From positions 72,540,001 to 72,604,000 of the forward strand of contig NC_043004.1 in the NCBI RefSeq assembly GCF_006345805.1: a stretch of 64,000 nt of DNA. The letters run 5' to 3'. The translations under genes and the position numbers were made by a program. The notes under the pieces were generated by a model. It was not told where the DNA came from, did no database searches, and was given only the letters and a program-made list of their open reading frames with translations. Within the stretch, counting starts at the first letter, position 1. Each line of letters starts with the position of its first letter. Positions 23,483 to 36,746 of this stretch are shown here, piece by piece. Source of the DNA: Octopus sinensis. Its lineage: Eukaryota.

Positions 23483-26400
23483 GATTGATTGATTGATTGG
23501 TTGATTCTAGTTTCAGCTTATGAGCTGTGGCCATGCTGGGGCACCGCCATTTGGTGTTGCTACTTGGTTTCACTTCACGAAAGCTTTCTAGCAACTGCCA
23601 TTTGGTGCATGAGAGAGTTCGATGCAGCTGCTCTCATCTGCCCCTCCTGCCGTGAAGTTGGTTCATCTGGGACACCTGACAGGAAGAGATCCAGCTTCAT
23701 TTTAAAGACATCTGCATCCACCCCATGCAGGTCTCTCAGGTTCTTCGGGAGGATATTGAAGAGCTGTGGGCCTCGGAAGCCCAGGCTATCACAGAATTTT
23801 GTCCTACATCTTGATGGCAAGTTTGGAGTCCTAGGCACCACGCAGTGGCGCCCAGTTCTGGCATTTGCGTAACTCTCGATGCTAAAGTTCAGGACACGTC
23901 CCTCCAGGATCTTCCAGATGTATATTATGGCATATCTTTCACGCCTACGCTCCAGGGAATATAGTTTTAATCTCTTGAGTCTTTCCCAGTAGCTTACATT
24001 CTGCATAGAGGCTATCTTCTTCGTGTAGCTACGTTGGATCGCCTCGAGCTCTGTGATCAACTTGACACTGGATGGTGACCATAACTGAGAGCAGTAGTCA
24101 AAGTGGCTTAGGACAAGTGTCCTCCAGAGGACCATCATGGTTTCTTGTTCTCTTGTTCTAAAGGTTCTGAGGATCCATCCGGCCAGTCGTCTACATTTCA
24201 TTGCCAATTTAGCAACATGTACACGAAAGGTCGCGTCATCACTCATGTAAATACCTAGGTCACGCACTGATTGTGCCTCTGGGATTGCTATTCCTCCGGG
24301 TCCAGTGTATTCATTGGGTATTGCATTTAGTTTTGCATGCTGATAGTATAGAGCTTGAAACTTTTCAGCATTGAACTGAATGCTATTCTTTTCAGCCCAC
24401 TTGTATATTTTGTCCAGCTCACATTGCAGGTGTTTAGTGTCCTCAGGGTTCTGTATTGCCTGTGAAACTTTTGTATCATCTGCATAACTTGTGATCGTGG
24501 CTCTCTGCGTGGCTGAGGGCATGTCTGAGAGGGTCATTATGAGTAGTAGTGGTCCCAGAACAGTGCCCTGCGGAACACCGCTCACTATTTGCGTGTTAAT
24601 GGAAGTGGCCCCATTGGCTACTACCACCTGACTTCTATCTTTCAGAAAGTCATGAAGCCATTCTCCCAGTTTTCCAACTATGTTGAGATCACGCAGTTTG
24701 TGACATATCATTCCATGATCGACTTTATCAAAGGCCTTTGCAAAGTCGAGATATATCACTTCCACATTTGAGTGGTTGAGCAGCCGTTTCAGCACCCAGT
24801 CATAGTGTTGTAGGAGCTGAGTTAAACAGCTTCTCCCTGGTCGGAAACCATGTTGGGTGTCGGGCAGCAAGTCATTCTCTTCAAGGAAGGTGATCAGCTT
24901 CCTTCTGACTATTCGTTCCATGACCTTGCTGATGTGTGAGGTCAGAGAGATAGGTCTGTAGTTCTTGGCTTCCGCTCTGCTACCTCCTTTATGAATGGGG
25001 CATATTTTACCTTCCTTCAGTTTTCTTGGAAGTTCGCCAGTTGCAAGGAAGCTCTGAAAGAGGAACTGCAGTGGTCTTGCTAGGACTCTCTTACATGCTT
25101 TTAGGAGGATTGCCGGGAATCCATCGGGGCCAGTAGCTGAGTCTGTTTTCATTTCATCTATAGCCTTGATTACATCGTCTTCCTTTATATCGATGTAATC
25201 TATCGTCGCCGCCTCTGATTTTATACCTGCAGTGGTAAAAAAGTCAGTTGGATTGGTGATTTGGAGATGCCCAAGGGGTGGAGTGAAAACACTCTTGAAT
25301 TGCTCATTCAGTATTTCACTTACCCTCATTGGTTTTCCTGTAAGTGTGCCATCCTTTTCGAGGAGTGGCCCTATTCTACAGTGCACCGTAGCTGTTTCTT
25401 TGGCATACCTGTAGAAAGCTCTGGGGTTAGATTTTATGTTGTCTATAGCCCAGGCTTCTTTGTCTGCTCTTCTTTTTCATGGGAGAGTTGCAGACATTTT
25501 TCGATTTCCAACAGTTTTATTTTTTTTATTTTTAGGCGGGACTTTTCACTGCTTTCAATCTGTTTAGGCGATTTGAAAATTTTGTACGCCGTCTCATTAA
25601 AATTTTCCTCTCTCTGGGGATTTTGTTCTTGTGTACGGTGGCCTTTCTCTCTGGGACACATTTGTAGCATATGGCTTGCATTACAGACATGAATTGTTGA
25701 AGTTTCACGTCGATGTCTGGCGAGGAGAGACATTTAGGCCAGTTTTGTTTGAGGATCTCTTTTTCAATTTGTTTCCAGTTTGCTTTATGGTAGTTCAAGC
25801 TGGAAAGATTCTGAGGGTTTCTTGTAGGCTGCATGTCCGTGCTCTCTTTTGGCCCGTACATGGTCAGCTCTATCATGTTGTGATCCGAGAGTAGTGTCGG
25901 TGTCACTTTCACATTATGGATGAGATCCATGTCATTTGTGAAGCAGAGATCCAGTGTGTTACCTGCCCTGGTTGGTTGGAGTATTACCTGCTCCATGTAC
26001 AGGGTGTTGATGAGGTTCAGGAGGGACCTCGCCTGTCCTCGTTCACATCTTGTCATTCCTGGGAGAGAAAGGCCCTCGGGTCATCTGACATTGGGCAGAT
26101 TGAAGTCTCCCATAAGAAGTACACTTATGTGTTGTTCTAATGTGGTTAGAACTTCTATTTTTATAAGGCAGTCTTCAAACTTGCCCACATGGCTTGGGGC
26201 ATCTGGAGGGTGATATGTAGCACACACAACTACATCAAGTTGCCTAATATGTACAATTAGTGTGTCACACACCGAGTTTGAGTATGACAAGAGGACCTGG
26301 GGTGTGAGGTCCTCACGGATGTACATAGCAACACCTCCATGACTCCTTTCTTTTCTGTCGGTCCGTAGTACAGCATACTGTGGTATGTGTAACTCCGCAT

Positions 26401-28560
26401 CTGCTATGTCCGGTTTCAGGTGCGTTTCCGTGAGTGCTATGCATAATGCTTGATTGCATGCAACAAAGTCTCTCAGGAACGGGATTTTTGTCCTGTTACT
26501 GAGTGTTTGCAGCCCTCTGATGTTCAGTAGGAGCATCGAGGTGAGGTGTACGTTGTTGCCGGCGGTGTCCATCCTGGGTCTGTTTGCTGTGGTGGTCTGG
26601 TATATAGTGGGTAGTCCCACCTGCGGGCTTGGGTTTGATGAAGCCAGGTCAGCTGCTGTACAATCTTTTGTGCCATGCACAAAAAAGATTGTTGCTCAGC
26701 AGCTGCCCTTTCGACAACATCATGTTGGCGATTTGTGGCACGCACAACATCTGCGTACCTCCGCTTTGGGGCAAGTGGTGCGTGGTCCATCCCTTTTCCT
26801 TGTGTTGATGGTTTGTCCATCTGCCTCGTGTCTCTGTGGCAGGGTCCCCGATGTGCAAAGCGGCAGCCTGCACCTTGCTTTCCATGCCAGCAGGAACCTC
26901 TCAGGTAGAACCTACACACCCGTGTGCGCTGTTTGTTTCCATCTTTTGCGGTTCCACTTCTATTCCTGGTTGTTTCACCCTTTGGTCCTGCTTGAGCTTT
27001 TCCTTTAGCTCTTCCAGTCCTTCTTTTAGTTCTTCCTCCTCCCTCTACCTCTTCACCGGGTTCTCCGTCTCCATGGCCCTTGCTGCCGGTTGGAGAACTT
27101 GCACCTGGGATCACTTCCCGGGCAGGTTTCTCACTCAAAACCTCCTCCCGGGAATCCACCAGGTGGGGGTGACTTCTTTCATCGTCTCCATTCTTGCCAT
27201 CTTTGCCCCGCTCGTTCTCAAAGATGGCATCAAGTGCGCCAATGTGCGACCGTATAAGCGCATATGAGTGCACGAATTCCCGTCTCTTTCGCTCCATCTG
27301 AGCCGCTGTCCTCTTGTAGCCGTTGTTCTTCAGCGCAGCCGCAATCACCTCGCTAGGGCTATCTCCGTCGGCGCACTTCCAGGCTCGTACGAATAAATCT
27401 AGTTCGTCAGGTCTCCAGGCTCTGGACATGCTGGATAATCTGTCTATTTGTTTATCTATCTAACTATGTTCGAGAGAAGACAAGAAGATATTAAGGCTAA
27501 TTAGAAGATAGAGTATTTGAAAAAAATATTAACAATATTAAAGTTTGTGGGTAAAAACGTTATTTAATCTTAAGGCTAATTAGGAGATAGAGTATCTTAA
27601 CAAATATTAATATTATATTAAAGTGTGGGTAAAACGTTATTTAATCTTAAGGCTAATTAGTAGATAGAGTATTCAAAAATATATTAAAGTGTGGGTAAAA
27701 ATGTTAAAGTGTGGGTAAAAACGTTATTTAATCTTAAGGCTAATTAGAAGATAGAGTATTATTAATATTAACAATATTAAAGTTTGTGGGTAAAAACGTT
27801 ATTTAATCTTAAGGCTAATTAGGAGATAGAGTATCTGAAAATATGTTAACAATATTAATATTATATTAAAGTGTGGATAAAAACGTTATTTAATCTTAAG
27901 GCTAATTAGAAGATAGAGTATTCAAAAATATATTAAAGTGTGGGTAAAAATGTTAAAGTGTGGGGTAAAAAAACGTTATTTAATCTTAAGGCTAATTAGA
28001 GGATAGAGTATTATTAATATTAACAATATTAAAGTTTGTGGGTAAAAACGTTATTTAATCTTAAGGCTAATTAGGAGATAGAGTATCTGAAAATATGTTA
28101 ACAATATTAATATTATATTAAAGTGTGGATAAAAACGTTATTTAATCTTAAGGCTAATTAGAAGATAGAGTATTCAAAAATATATTAAAGTGTGGGTAAA
28201 AATGTTAAAGTGTGGGGTAAAAAAACGTTATTTAATCTTAAGGCTAATTAGAGGATAGAGTATCTGAAAATATATTAACAAATATTAAAATGTGGGTAAA
28301 AAGGCTAATTAGAAGATATTAAAGTGTGGGTAAAAAAAATAGAAGATATTAAAGTGTGGGTAAAAACGTTGTTTATTCTTAAGGCTAATTAGAAGATAGA
28401 GTATCTGAAAAATTATTAACAATGTTAAACAATATTAAACAATATTAAACGTTATTTAATCTTAAGGCTAATTAGAAGATAGAGTATCTGAAAGAGGAGA
28501 GATGAGAGGGTAAGAAAGAGAGGAAAGATTATTTATCTATCTAAAGTTCGTGAAAGTTCA
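23483..28560 (-). mobile_element. Near-full-length CR1-like LINE (different family); intact-looking ORF1, ORF2 broken by frameshifts; (AATC)n tail
   Basis: ORF1 26524-27429 (301 aa). APE 26081-26680 (LLNIRGL, IALTETHL, LLMGDFNLP) and 25532-26056. RT 23575-25386 (603 aa; YLDFAKAFDKVDH, VPQGTVLGPLL, YADDTKV). (GATT)n at 23483-23506. Confidence 0.95.
27480..28490. repeat. Tandem array of ~13 x ~80-bp AT-rich monomers upstream of the LINE ORF1
   Basis: aaggctaattag(a/g)agatagagtat recurs about 13 times. A 252-bp three-monomer block is duplicated (27750 vs 28002, 27825 vs 28077). Confidence 0.95.
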
Positions 28561-29067
28561 CGTCCATGCATATATACGCATACATATATACATACACGCA
28601 CACATATATACATACACGTGCACACACACACACACATACACACATATACACAGACGGAGAGAGAAGGAAGGTGGAAGAAAAAGAAAGTGAGTGAAAATAT
28701 ATTAAAATATATATATTAAAGTGTGAAGAAAGGGTTATTTAATTCTGAAGCCAATTTCTGCCTTCGAGAACAGATATTGAGATGTAAACAAAACAAAAAT
28801 GGCGATCGTAACTTTAACGGAGATGTGGGCTTAAGTTAAGGGGGATAAAATAGGATAATAAACAAAATATGAAATAGAAGATGAAAGTGATACTTAATCC
28901 AACGATGTGGTCTGGATTTTTTGTGGTTTACGGGATTGTTTTCCAGGAGAGATGCTTCTTTTTCCTTCTTGCAGGAGATAACTTGATTCAGTGAGTTTTT
29001 CCACAATGTGCGTTTTCGGCGAAAATGAAAATTACTGTATATATGTATATATATATATATATTATAT

Positions 29068-29102
<35 letters not shown>

Positions 29103-30084
29103 TTATATTTTTAACCAAAGTGTTTTAATGATCTCTATGACTTAGAGTTTTACGTTTTGCTACTTCAGTAGGTTATTTCGCCGATCTATGCAAACTTTTT
29201 CACAGAGCAAAGGCAATCACGTCTCTCTCTGCTGAAAACGGGACCGGATATATATATATATTATATATATATATATAATATATATATATATATACGAGTA
29301 ACTTTGCATATAAGAGGAGAGAAAGAATAATTAGAAGGCTTCACGCCAGGGTTGCCAATTTAGCATATTTATGATAGATCTAGCATTTTTTTTCAACATT
29401 TAACAGAAAGTTTTTGAATTTAGCATTTAGCAGGAAAAATAGTAGATTTAAAATTTTATTTAGAATTTTTCTTTGATCATGACATTACCTCAATAGTTAC
29501 ACTTTTTTCATCTTTGTTTTCGTTTTCTACTTTCATTAATTTATCTTATAGCCAAATTTTAGTACTATCGGCTATAGTTGAATTTTTTTTCGCTTTCTTG
29601 AAGCTTCAAATGAAAATTTTTCATAAGGATCTTTATCAAGTTATGAACTTTTCCAGCTCCTCCGCCTCCACCTACATACATATTTCAGAATATTATCTTT
29701 AGAAATACGTGGTGTAGGTGGCATTGAAGATGTCTTAAAAATTTAATTAGTGAAAACGAATTTAGATGTAAAACTTTTACTGACTATAGGAACCAACAAG
29801 GCTAAAGAAATGAATCAACAATGGTGTTTTCCAGAAATTAAAAGAAGTTCCATCATTACTTCTATTTAGAAGGTTATGTCATTCTTTACAGTTGGCAGTA
29901 TCCCACACTTGGACTGAAATTTAGCATAAAATTATGATTTTAAGTTGGTTAGACTGCTTCAAACACATACGGTATTCAGTTTCATAGAGTAAAACAATTC
30001 ACATTGCTGCAGCAATAAGCTTCAGGGTCACTGACTCAAGCAAATGAGAGAACAAAATGCTATGATGATGATGTTGATCACCAG

Positions 30085-30115
<31 letters not shown>

Positions 30116-30899
30116 GTCGTCGTCGTCGTCATGATTGTAACGTCCATCAGTTCATAATGCTTGGGTTGAACGGTGTTCATTGTTCAGATATTCTACACAC
30201 GAATCCCTTTCCTCTCGCTAGCCACCGCCTCTTTCCGAGAAAGAAACAACATTGTCAAAGATGGACATATTTTTAAACAGGCAGTTAAAGATGAATCTCA
30301 TCGCTTGTGTGATGGTGACGCTCGTTTACGACAGTTCCGAGATGAAAAAAAGGGGAAAACACAAATAAAAATGCATTCATATACACATATTATATATACC
30401 CATAAATATAATAATATAAATATATATGTGTGTACTTTTATATACACACATATTCATACACACCGGAAAAGGTGTCCGGCAGAATAGGGATGGATGACCA
30501 TAGAAGGATTTGTACCAAACTTTGGCATTAAAATCTCTACAAATACCCGAAGAGGGCGCAACTGCATAGTGACAAAGTGGTCACATTCGTATATACACAA
30601 AGAGATATTCATACACACACACGTCTATGTTTAGGAGTGTGTGTTTGTGTGCGAGTAAGTGTGAGGTGGATATTTCTTGGGTGCAACCAGGATGTTAAGC
30701 AGAAAAGTCACTAATTTGCAGCTATTTCATTTGCTCTCAAATGCAATAAAGTATACAAAGGTTTATATAGTGTATGATTTTATACAATTATATAATGCCT
30801 ACGCATATGTATGTACGAACACACACACATTCGCAAATATATGCGTGTGTGTGCGTTTATATGTGTCTATATGTGGGATAGACACCATATTGATAAAAC

Positions 30900-31061
30900 A
30901 CAAAAGATATTCACCATTTTGCAATGAATTACGTCTCAAAATTGTCGAACTACTCAAGCAAATATCTTATTTAACAACGAGTGTTGCAGTAGGAGTTGAG
31001 GCGTGAATGCAAAAGGATTATATATCATAATCATCATAATCATTGCGACAGTATATATATA

Positions 31062-31107
<46 letters not shown>

Positions 31108-31114
31108 TATATAA

Positions 31115-31177
<63 letters not shown>

Positions 31178-31257
31178 GTGCGTGTGTGAGTGCATGTGTG
31201 GTAGGATTTGAGACGTGAATGCAAAAGGATAATATATCATAATCATTGCGACAGTAT

Positions 31258-31289
<32 letters not shown>

Positions 31290-31331
31290 ATTATATACAT
31301 GCATACATACATACATACATACATACATACA

Positions 31332-31363
<32 letters not shown>

Positions 31364-31830
31364 AACATATATATGCATATATATATATTATATATATTAT
31401 ATATATTATATATATATATATATAAAAGCAATTAAGATTCAAGTCAATTTTAATGAATTCACTTGAATGCGGTACTTAACTTAGATGCACCAGAAAACTA
31501 TATGGTATTAACCATACAATAATGTGGGGTGATTATAAACGAGAAAAAAGCAACGAGAATGGATTAGTTCTTTTAGTACGATTGTTTCATACAAAGACAA
31601 GCTTTATTAAAACCTGCAAAAATTGCAGCAAATACAAGTGTCCCGTACTCTTCAGCTAAAACACATATGAGTTCTCCAAGCATCCTAGTGGGTGAGGCTA
31701 CACTCATGAAGTATCGGAGATAGTTCTATAAAAAGCAAATTTAGGTTGTAAGTGGACTTCCAAAGTTCTTTAATGATGATGCACAGTCTTATAACAGGTT
31801 TTAAAAAAGCTTATTAGCTTCACAGAGAAG
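30900..31830 (+). mobile_element. Possible very degraded Tc1/mariner transposase remnant split by microsatellites
   Basis: HTH-like ELRLKIVELLKQ...VAVGV and PAKIAANTSVPYSSAKTH fragments. No intact DDE motif seen. Confidence 0.3.
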
Positions 31831-31945
31831 GTGAATCAATCCATAATGTAGGTGCAAATTTCCAGAGATATGAGGAGATATTTCATACTCACAGACGATG
31901 AATCTATCCATGATCAATCCACAATGAGGTGGGTATAATTTCTTG

Positions 31946-31980
<35 letters not shown>

Positions 31981-32066
31981 TACATTACGTCGAACCATTG
32001 ATCCCTACCCATATTTTTAACCCCGTCCTTTTATTTTCGTTCTTTCTCCATTTACTTCTCTCAGCA

Positions 32067-32184
32067 TTTTCTGTCGAAGAGCGTAGGCTCGAAACGTCAT
32101 AGGTTTTTCCATTCTTCTCAAATTAAAACATCTGATTGTTCTTTCCTCACCTCTCTTCGACTTTTGTTTCATGTAAATTTGAAC

Positions 32185-32255
<71 letters not shown>

Positions 32256-32381
32256 GGTATGTAGGTATGTATGCATGTATTTATACTACATGTTTCATCT
32301 GCAGAAAAATAAGCACACATATACACATACACAGATCTCTGTGTATCTTTCTGTTGAAGAGCGTAGGCTCGAAACGTAAAG
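32067..32381 (+). ncRNA. Pair of minimal hammerhead-like motifs (CUGU(C/U)GA core) at 32067-32102 and 32347-32381
   Basis: ttt-CTGTYGA-A-GAGC(gtag)GCTC-GAAA-CG-T(C/A)-aag, repeated 280 bp apart. Confidence 0.45.
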
Positions 32382-32510
32382 ACTTGTTTTATTTATATTT
32401 CCTGAGCGCCATACTAATACAATTGTTTGTTTGTATTCCACCTGCCTTCGTCTTTGTTTATTTCCGTAAACCTGCCTTCGTCTTTTGTCTATTTTCATAA
32501 AGCTTCCCGT

Positions 32511-32571
<61 letters not shown>

Positions 32572-32853
32572 TTGCGTGACAATGAACGTAGCTTGAATAT
32601 CTGGAAATCTCCCCAAGTCGAATCTTCAGTTTTCCCCACAGGGTGTATATATACCTCCGGTACAATGGTCATGGGTTTAGGATGTTGAAGAAATGAAGTG
32701 GAAGAGATAACTCAGGATTCTCCACACACGACCCTACCAGGAATATTGGACATAGATTGATAGTTGCATATATACAGGTGTACAAATGTATTTATGTGTG
32801 CGTGCGAGTGTGCGTTGTTTAATTAAATGAGGAAAACAATAAACGTTATTTAA

Positions 32854-33130
32854 TATGACTGAAGCTGTTAGAACACCTAAACTGCTAGAAATAAGAGCTA
32901 AATGGCTCTGTTGCTGCTGTCAACGCACATATATACCGATCTACATATATACATATATACCGGTCTGGAGATGAAACCGTACGGTATACAGATGTCAGTA
33001 GTTGTCAGTCGCTGTCATCTACAATCGCTGCTGGCATGTATGCATAAAATCATATGTGCGTTGACAGCAGCAACAGAGCCATTTAGCTCTTATTTCTAGC
33101 GGCATAGGTGTTGTAACACCTTCAGTCATA
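32854..33130. mobile_element. MITE with ~75-bp terminal inverted repeats and TA ends
   Basis: tatgactgaag...ctagaaataagagctaaatggctctgttgctgctgtcaacgcacatat is mirrored by its reverse complement ending cttcagtcata. Confidence 0.85.
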
Positions 33131-33138
33131 GTGAAGGA

Positions 33139-33296
<158 letters not shown>

Positions 33297-33996
33297 ATAT
33301 ATATATATATAATATATATATATTATAAGGGTGTTTGTTTCACTGATGATCTAAACGAACAGGTACGCTGATTAAGTGCTATAATTGGTCATCCCTTAGG
33401 TTCCACGTTCATAGTTGAGGCGGGATCTAGGTACCCGTATTAGGCTTCCGATTCAGCAGGTATATATTAGGGGAAAAGGACAACACAAACCAAAACTGGA
33501 CGAGTATGACAGGTCATTTAGAATATCTAATTAGAGCAAGGTGAATGTGAAGCAATTAAGCAGTTAAATAGTTAATTACTTAACTATTGGATGTTGTACA
33601 GCTGTTTCTGGGGTATCCTAAGTGATTTGCTAGCGTGACCGTACATCAGAGACAAGGTGAGTACATATGAATGTTCTACACAGGGAATTCACAGTTTATA
33701 AGAAATAAAATAGCAGAGAGAAGAATAAAGAGTAAAACAGTAGCTAGAAGAATACAGATAGTAGTGTAACGTTCACAACTCATCTTGTTGCAGACGGTAT
33801 GGAGGTTGGTCCGTACTTCCGTGAAGAGATAGGCCCTTAACTTTAATTCAAGGTAAATCTAGATAGTATGTTGGAAATATATGAGTGTGTGCATGTATAT
33901 ATGGGTGCATGTATGTATGTATGTATGTATGTATGACACGTACACAAACATATACATACATACATATACATACATACATACATACATACATACCTA

Positions 33997-34113
<117 letters not shown>

Positions 34114-34370
34114 TCAAAAATATCAAAATTTGAAAGTAAATCTTTTATTGAGCAAGAAGAGTTGCGGTGGGAGTTAAGGAGTGAATCTAGAAGGAAGAAT
34201 AAAATGAATGAATAACAAAAAAAAAAACCCACTCATAACATTACAATTTTTGGTTAATAGATTGGGGAAAGTTATTTACGTAGTTGTTACGAAGGATAAA
34301 TATGAAATTCGACAGCACTTCTTCAAAAAAATACATGTATACGCATGCATATATATATATGTGTGTATAC

Positions 34371-34403
<33 letters not shown>

Positions 34404-34953
34404 CAGAGAGAGAGAGAGCATATAGTGGATAATTGGTCATCCGTTAGGTTCCAAGTTCACTGCTGAGGTTGGAGCTAGGGATCCGTAGTAGGCTTCCGAG
34501 TTAGCTGTTATATATTAAAGTCAAATGGACAACAAAACCGAGGCAGGACGAGTATCTCAGGTCATTTAGAATTTTTAATTTGAATAAGGTGAAGTAGAAG
34601 TAATTAATGCCTTACAGCTGTTTTAGGGATATCCCACATGACGGGACAGTATCTTGGGATTCTGTCATCGGAGACAAGGTGCATATTTTGGAAAGTTCCA
34701 GACAAGGAATTCACGGTGAATAAAAGAATAAAGCTGTAGACAGAAGAATAAAGACAGGAGAATAAAGTTCACAGCTCATCTTGTTCTGGAGTGTATGGAG
34801 ATTAGTCCGTACTTCCGTGAAGGTATAGGTCCTTAAGTATAATGCCAGATAAATCCCGACAGTATTTTGAATGTTGCGTTCAGATTGAAGGAATAGACTT
34901 AGTGATTAGCTTGTAGGAAAATGGGCCGCGTGAAGGTATATATATATATATAT

Positions 34954-35737
34954 ACTAGCTGTATAGCCCAGCGTTGCTCGGGCTTGTTTACTTTTCGACC
35001 CTTTAGAATTGGAATTTTTGAAAAGTAAAACTTTTGCATTATGTAGCTTGTTATTCTCTTTAAGTGAACATTTTTCTGGTTGAAATACACCGAAAAATGG
35101 CGACACAGCAGTAAAAAATCGTAAAAAATAGGGAATTTCATAGAAAAAAACACATTTCTGATGTAAATAATTTTTGGTGTTAACATGGTCCGATTTGAAT
35201 TTTATCTTCTATGGAAAGAAGAGCAAGCCTTCTATCATACCCTCAATTTCGGTCAAATTGCGCCGCGGGGTCTCGGAGGAGATAATGTTAGTTGAAGGCT
35301 ACCAAACCTGCCATACACAGACAACTTCAGGTTTATAGATATAAACTAGCAGTATCGCCAGGCGTTGCTCGGGTTTGTTTCGACCCTTTAGAATTGGAAT
35401 TTTTGAAAAGTAAAACGTTTGCATTATGTAGCTTGTTATTCTCTTTAAGTGAACATTTTTCTGGTTGAAATACACCGACAAATGGCCCCACAGCAGTAAA
35501 AGATCGTAGAAAATAGGGAATTTAATAGAAAACAAGAACATTTTTGATGTAAATATTTTTTGGTGTTAACATGGTCCGATTTGAATTTTTTCTCCTATGG
35601 AATGAAGAGCAAGCCTTCTTCTATCATACTCTCAATTTTGGTCAACTTGCGCCGCAGGGTCTTGGAGGAGATAATGTTAGTTGAAGGCTACCAAACCTGC
35701 CATACACAGACGACTTCAGCTTTATATAGTGAGAGAT
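34954..35737 (+). mobile_element. Tandem dimer (391-bp unit) of a non-autonomous Helitron/Helentron-like element
   Basis: Units start with ACTAG followed by ccc/cca(g)gcgttgctcggg at 34954 and 35345. They have a GC-rich subterminal stem and end acagac.acttcag.tttata.a...gat. Confidence 0.6.
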
Positions 35738-36079
35738 TTCGTCTTATCTTTCACTGCTTATACAAAACACATGACACTTTTGTCTCACGAAATCGAACTT
35801 TTCCTTTCCTTTCACCCTTTTCAAAAAATGGCACACCGACACACAGTCTGCTCGTAAAATTAACGCGCGAGTGGCTGAGTATTCCACACACATGCATACC
35901 ATAATGTAATCCTCAGGAAAAATCATCTTCACACAAACGTGACGAGACTGGCCAATTTGAATTGCAGCTACAACTCTTTTTGCCAATTGAGCGGACTGCA
36001 GTAAGGGGTGTAGAGTACCTCGCTCAAAAATAGCGCACCGCAGGTAGTCGTACTCATGACTTTACGATCGTGGGGCCGA

Positions 36080-36500
36080 ATACCTACTTCTTTACTAAAC
36101 ACAAGGGGCTAAACACAGAGTGGACAAACAAGGACAGACAAACGGATTAAATTGATTATATCGACCCCAGTGCGTAACTGGTACTTATTTAATCGACCCC
36201 GAAAGGATGAAAGGCAAAGTCGACCTCGGCGGAATTTGAACTCAGAATGTAACGGCAGACGAAATACCTATTTCTTTACTAACCACAAGGTGGTAAATAC
36301 AGAAGGGACAAACAAGGACAGACAAACGGATTGAGTCGATTACATCGATCCGAGTGGGTAACTGATACTTAATTTATCGACCCCGAAAGGATCGAAGGCA
36401 AAGTCGACCTCGGCGGAATTTGAACTCAGAACATAGCGGCAGACGAAATACCACAAAGCATTTCGCCCGGCGTGCTAACGGTTCTGCCAGCTCGCCGCTC
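36080..36500 (-). mobile_element. tRNA-derived SINE cluster (octopus-type; conserved gaggtcgactttgcctttcatcctttcggggtcgat domain)
   Basis: Two nested or partial copies, reverse complements of the family at 37444-37981. Confidence 0.85.
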
Positions 36501-36746
36501 GTGGGCCGAATACCTCTAATCTCTGAGGCACGCATCTTCACTCTCTTAACCGTAGAGAAGAGGGGTGAAGCGATAGAGGCAGAGAATGGAAAGCATCAGT
36601 CATCTACAATAAAAATTAGACTGATATACGATCGATCCTTCTTTACTTTTAACAATGAAGAAGAGGGAAAGCCCTTTAGTAATGTATAGAAGGAAAATCT
36701 TTCAGGTGTTTACGTTTTTATTCTGGGAGTTCTAGAACGATCGACT

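Noticed and set aside
27480-28490. Possible CRISPR-like array
   Set aside because: The inter-repeat segments are themselves repeated, the context is eukaryotic and no cas genes are present; it is a tandem array.
29347-30050. hAT-like element starting cagggttgcca
   Set aside because: No matching right TIR or recognisable transposase found.
31880-31960. Minus-strand exon ending in a GTGAGT donor
   Set aside because: No convincing acceptor and no recognisable peptide.
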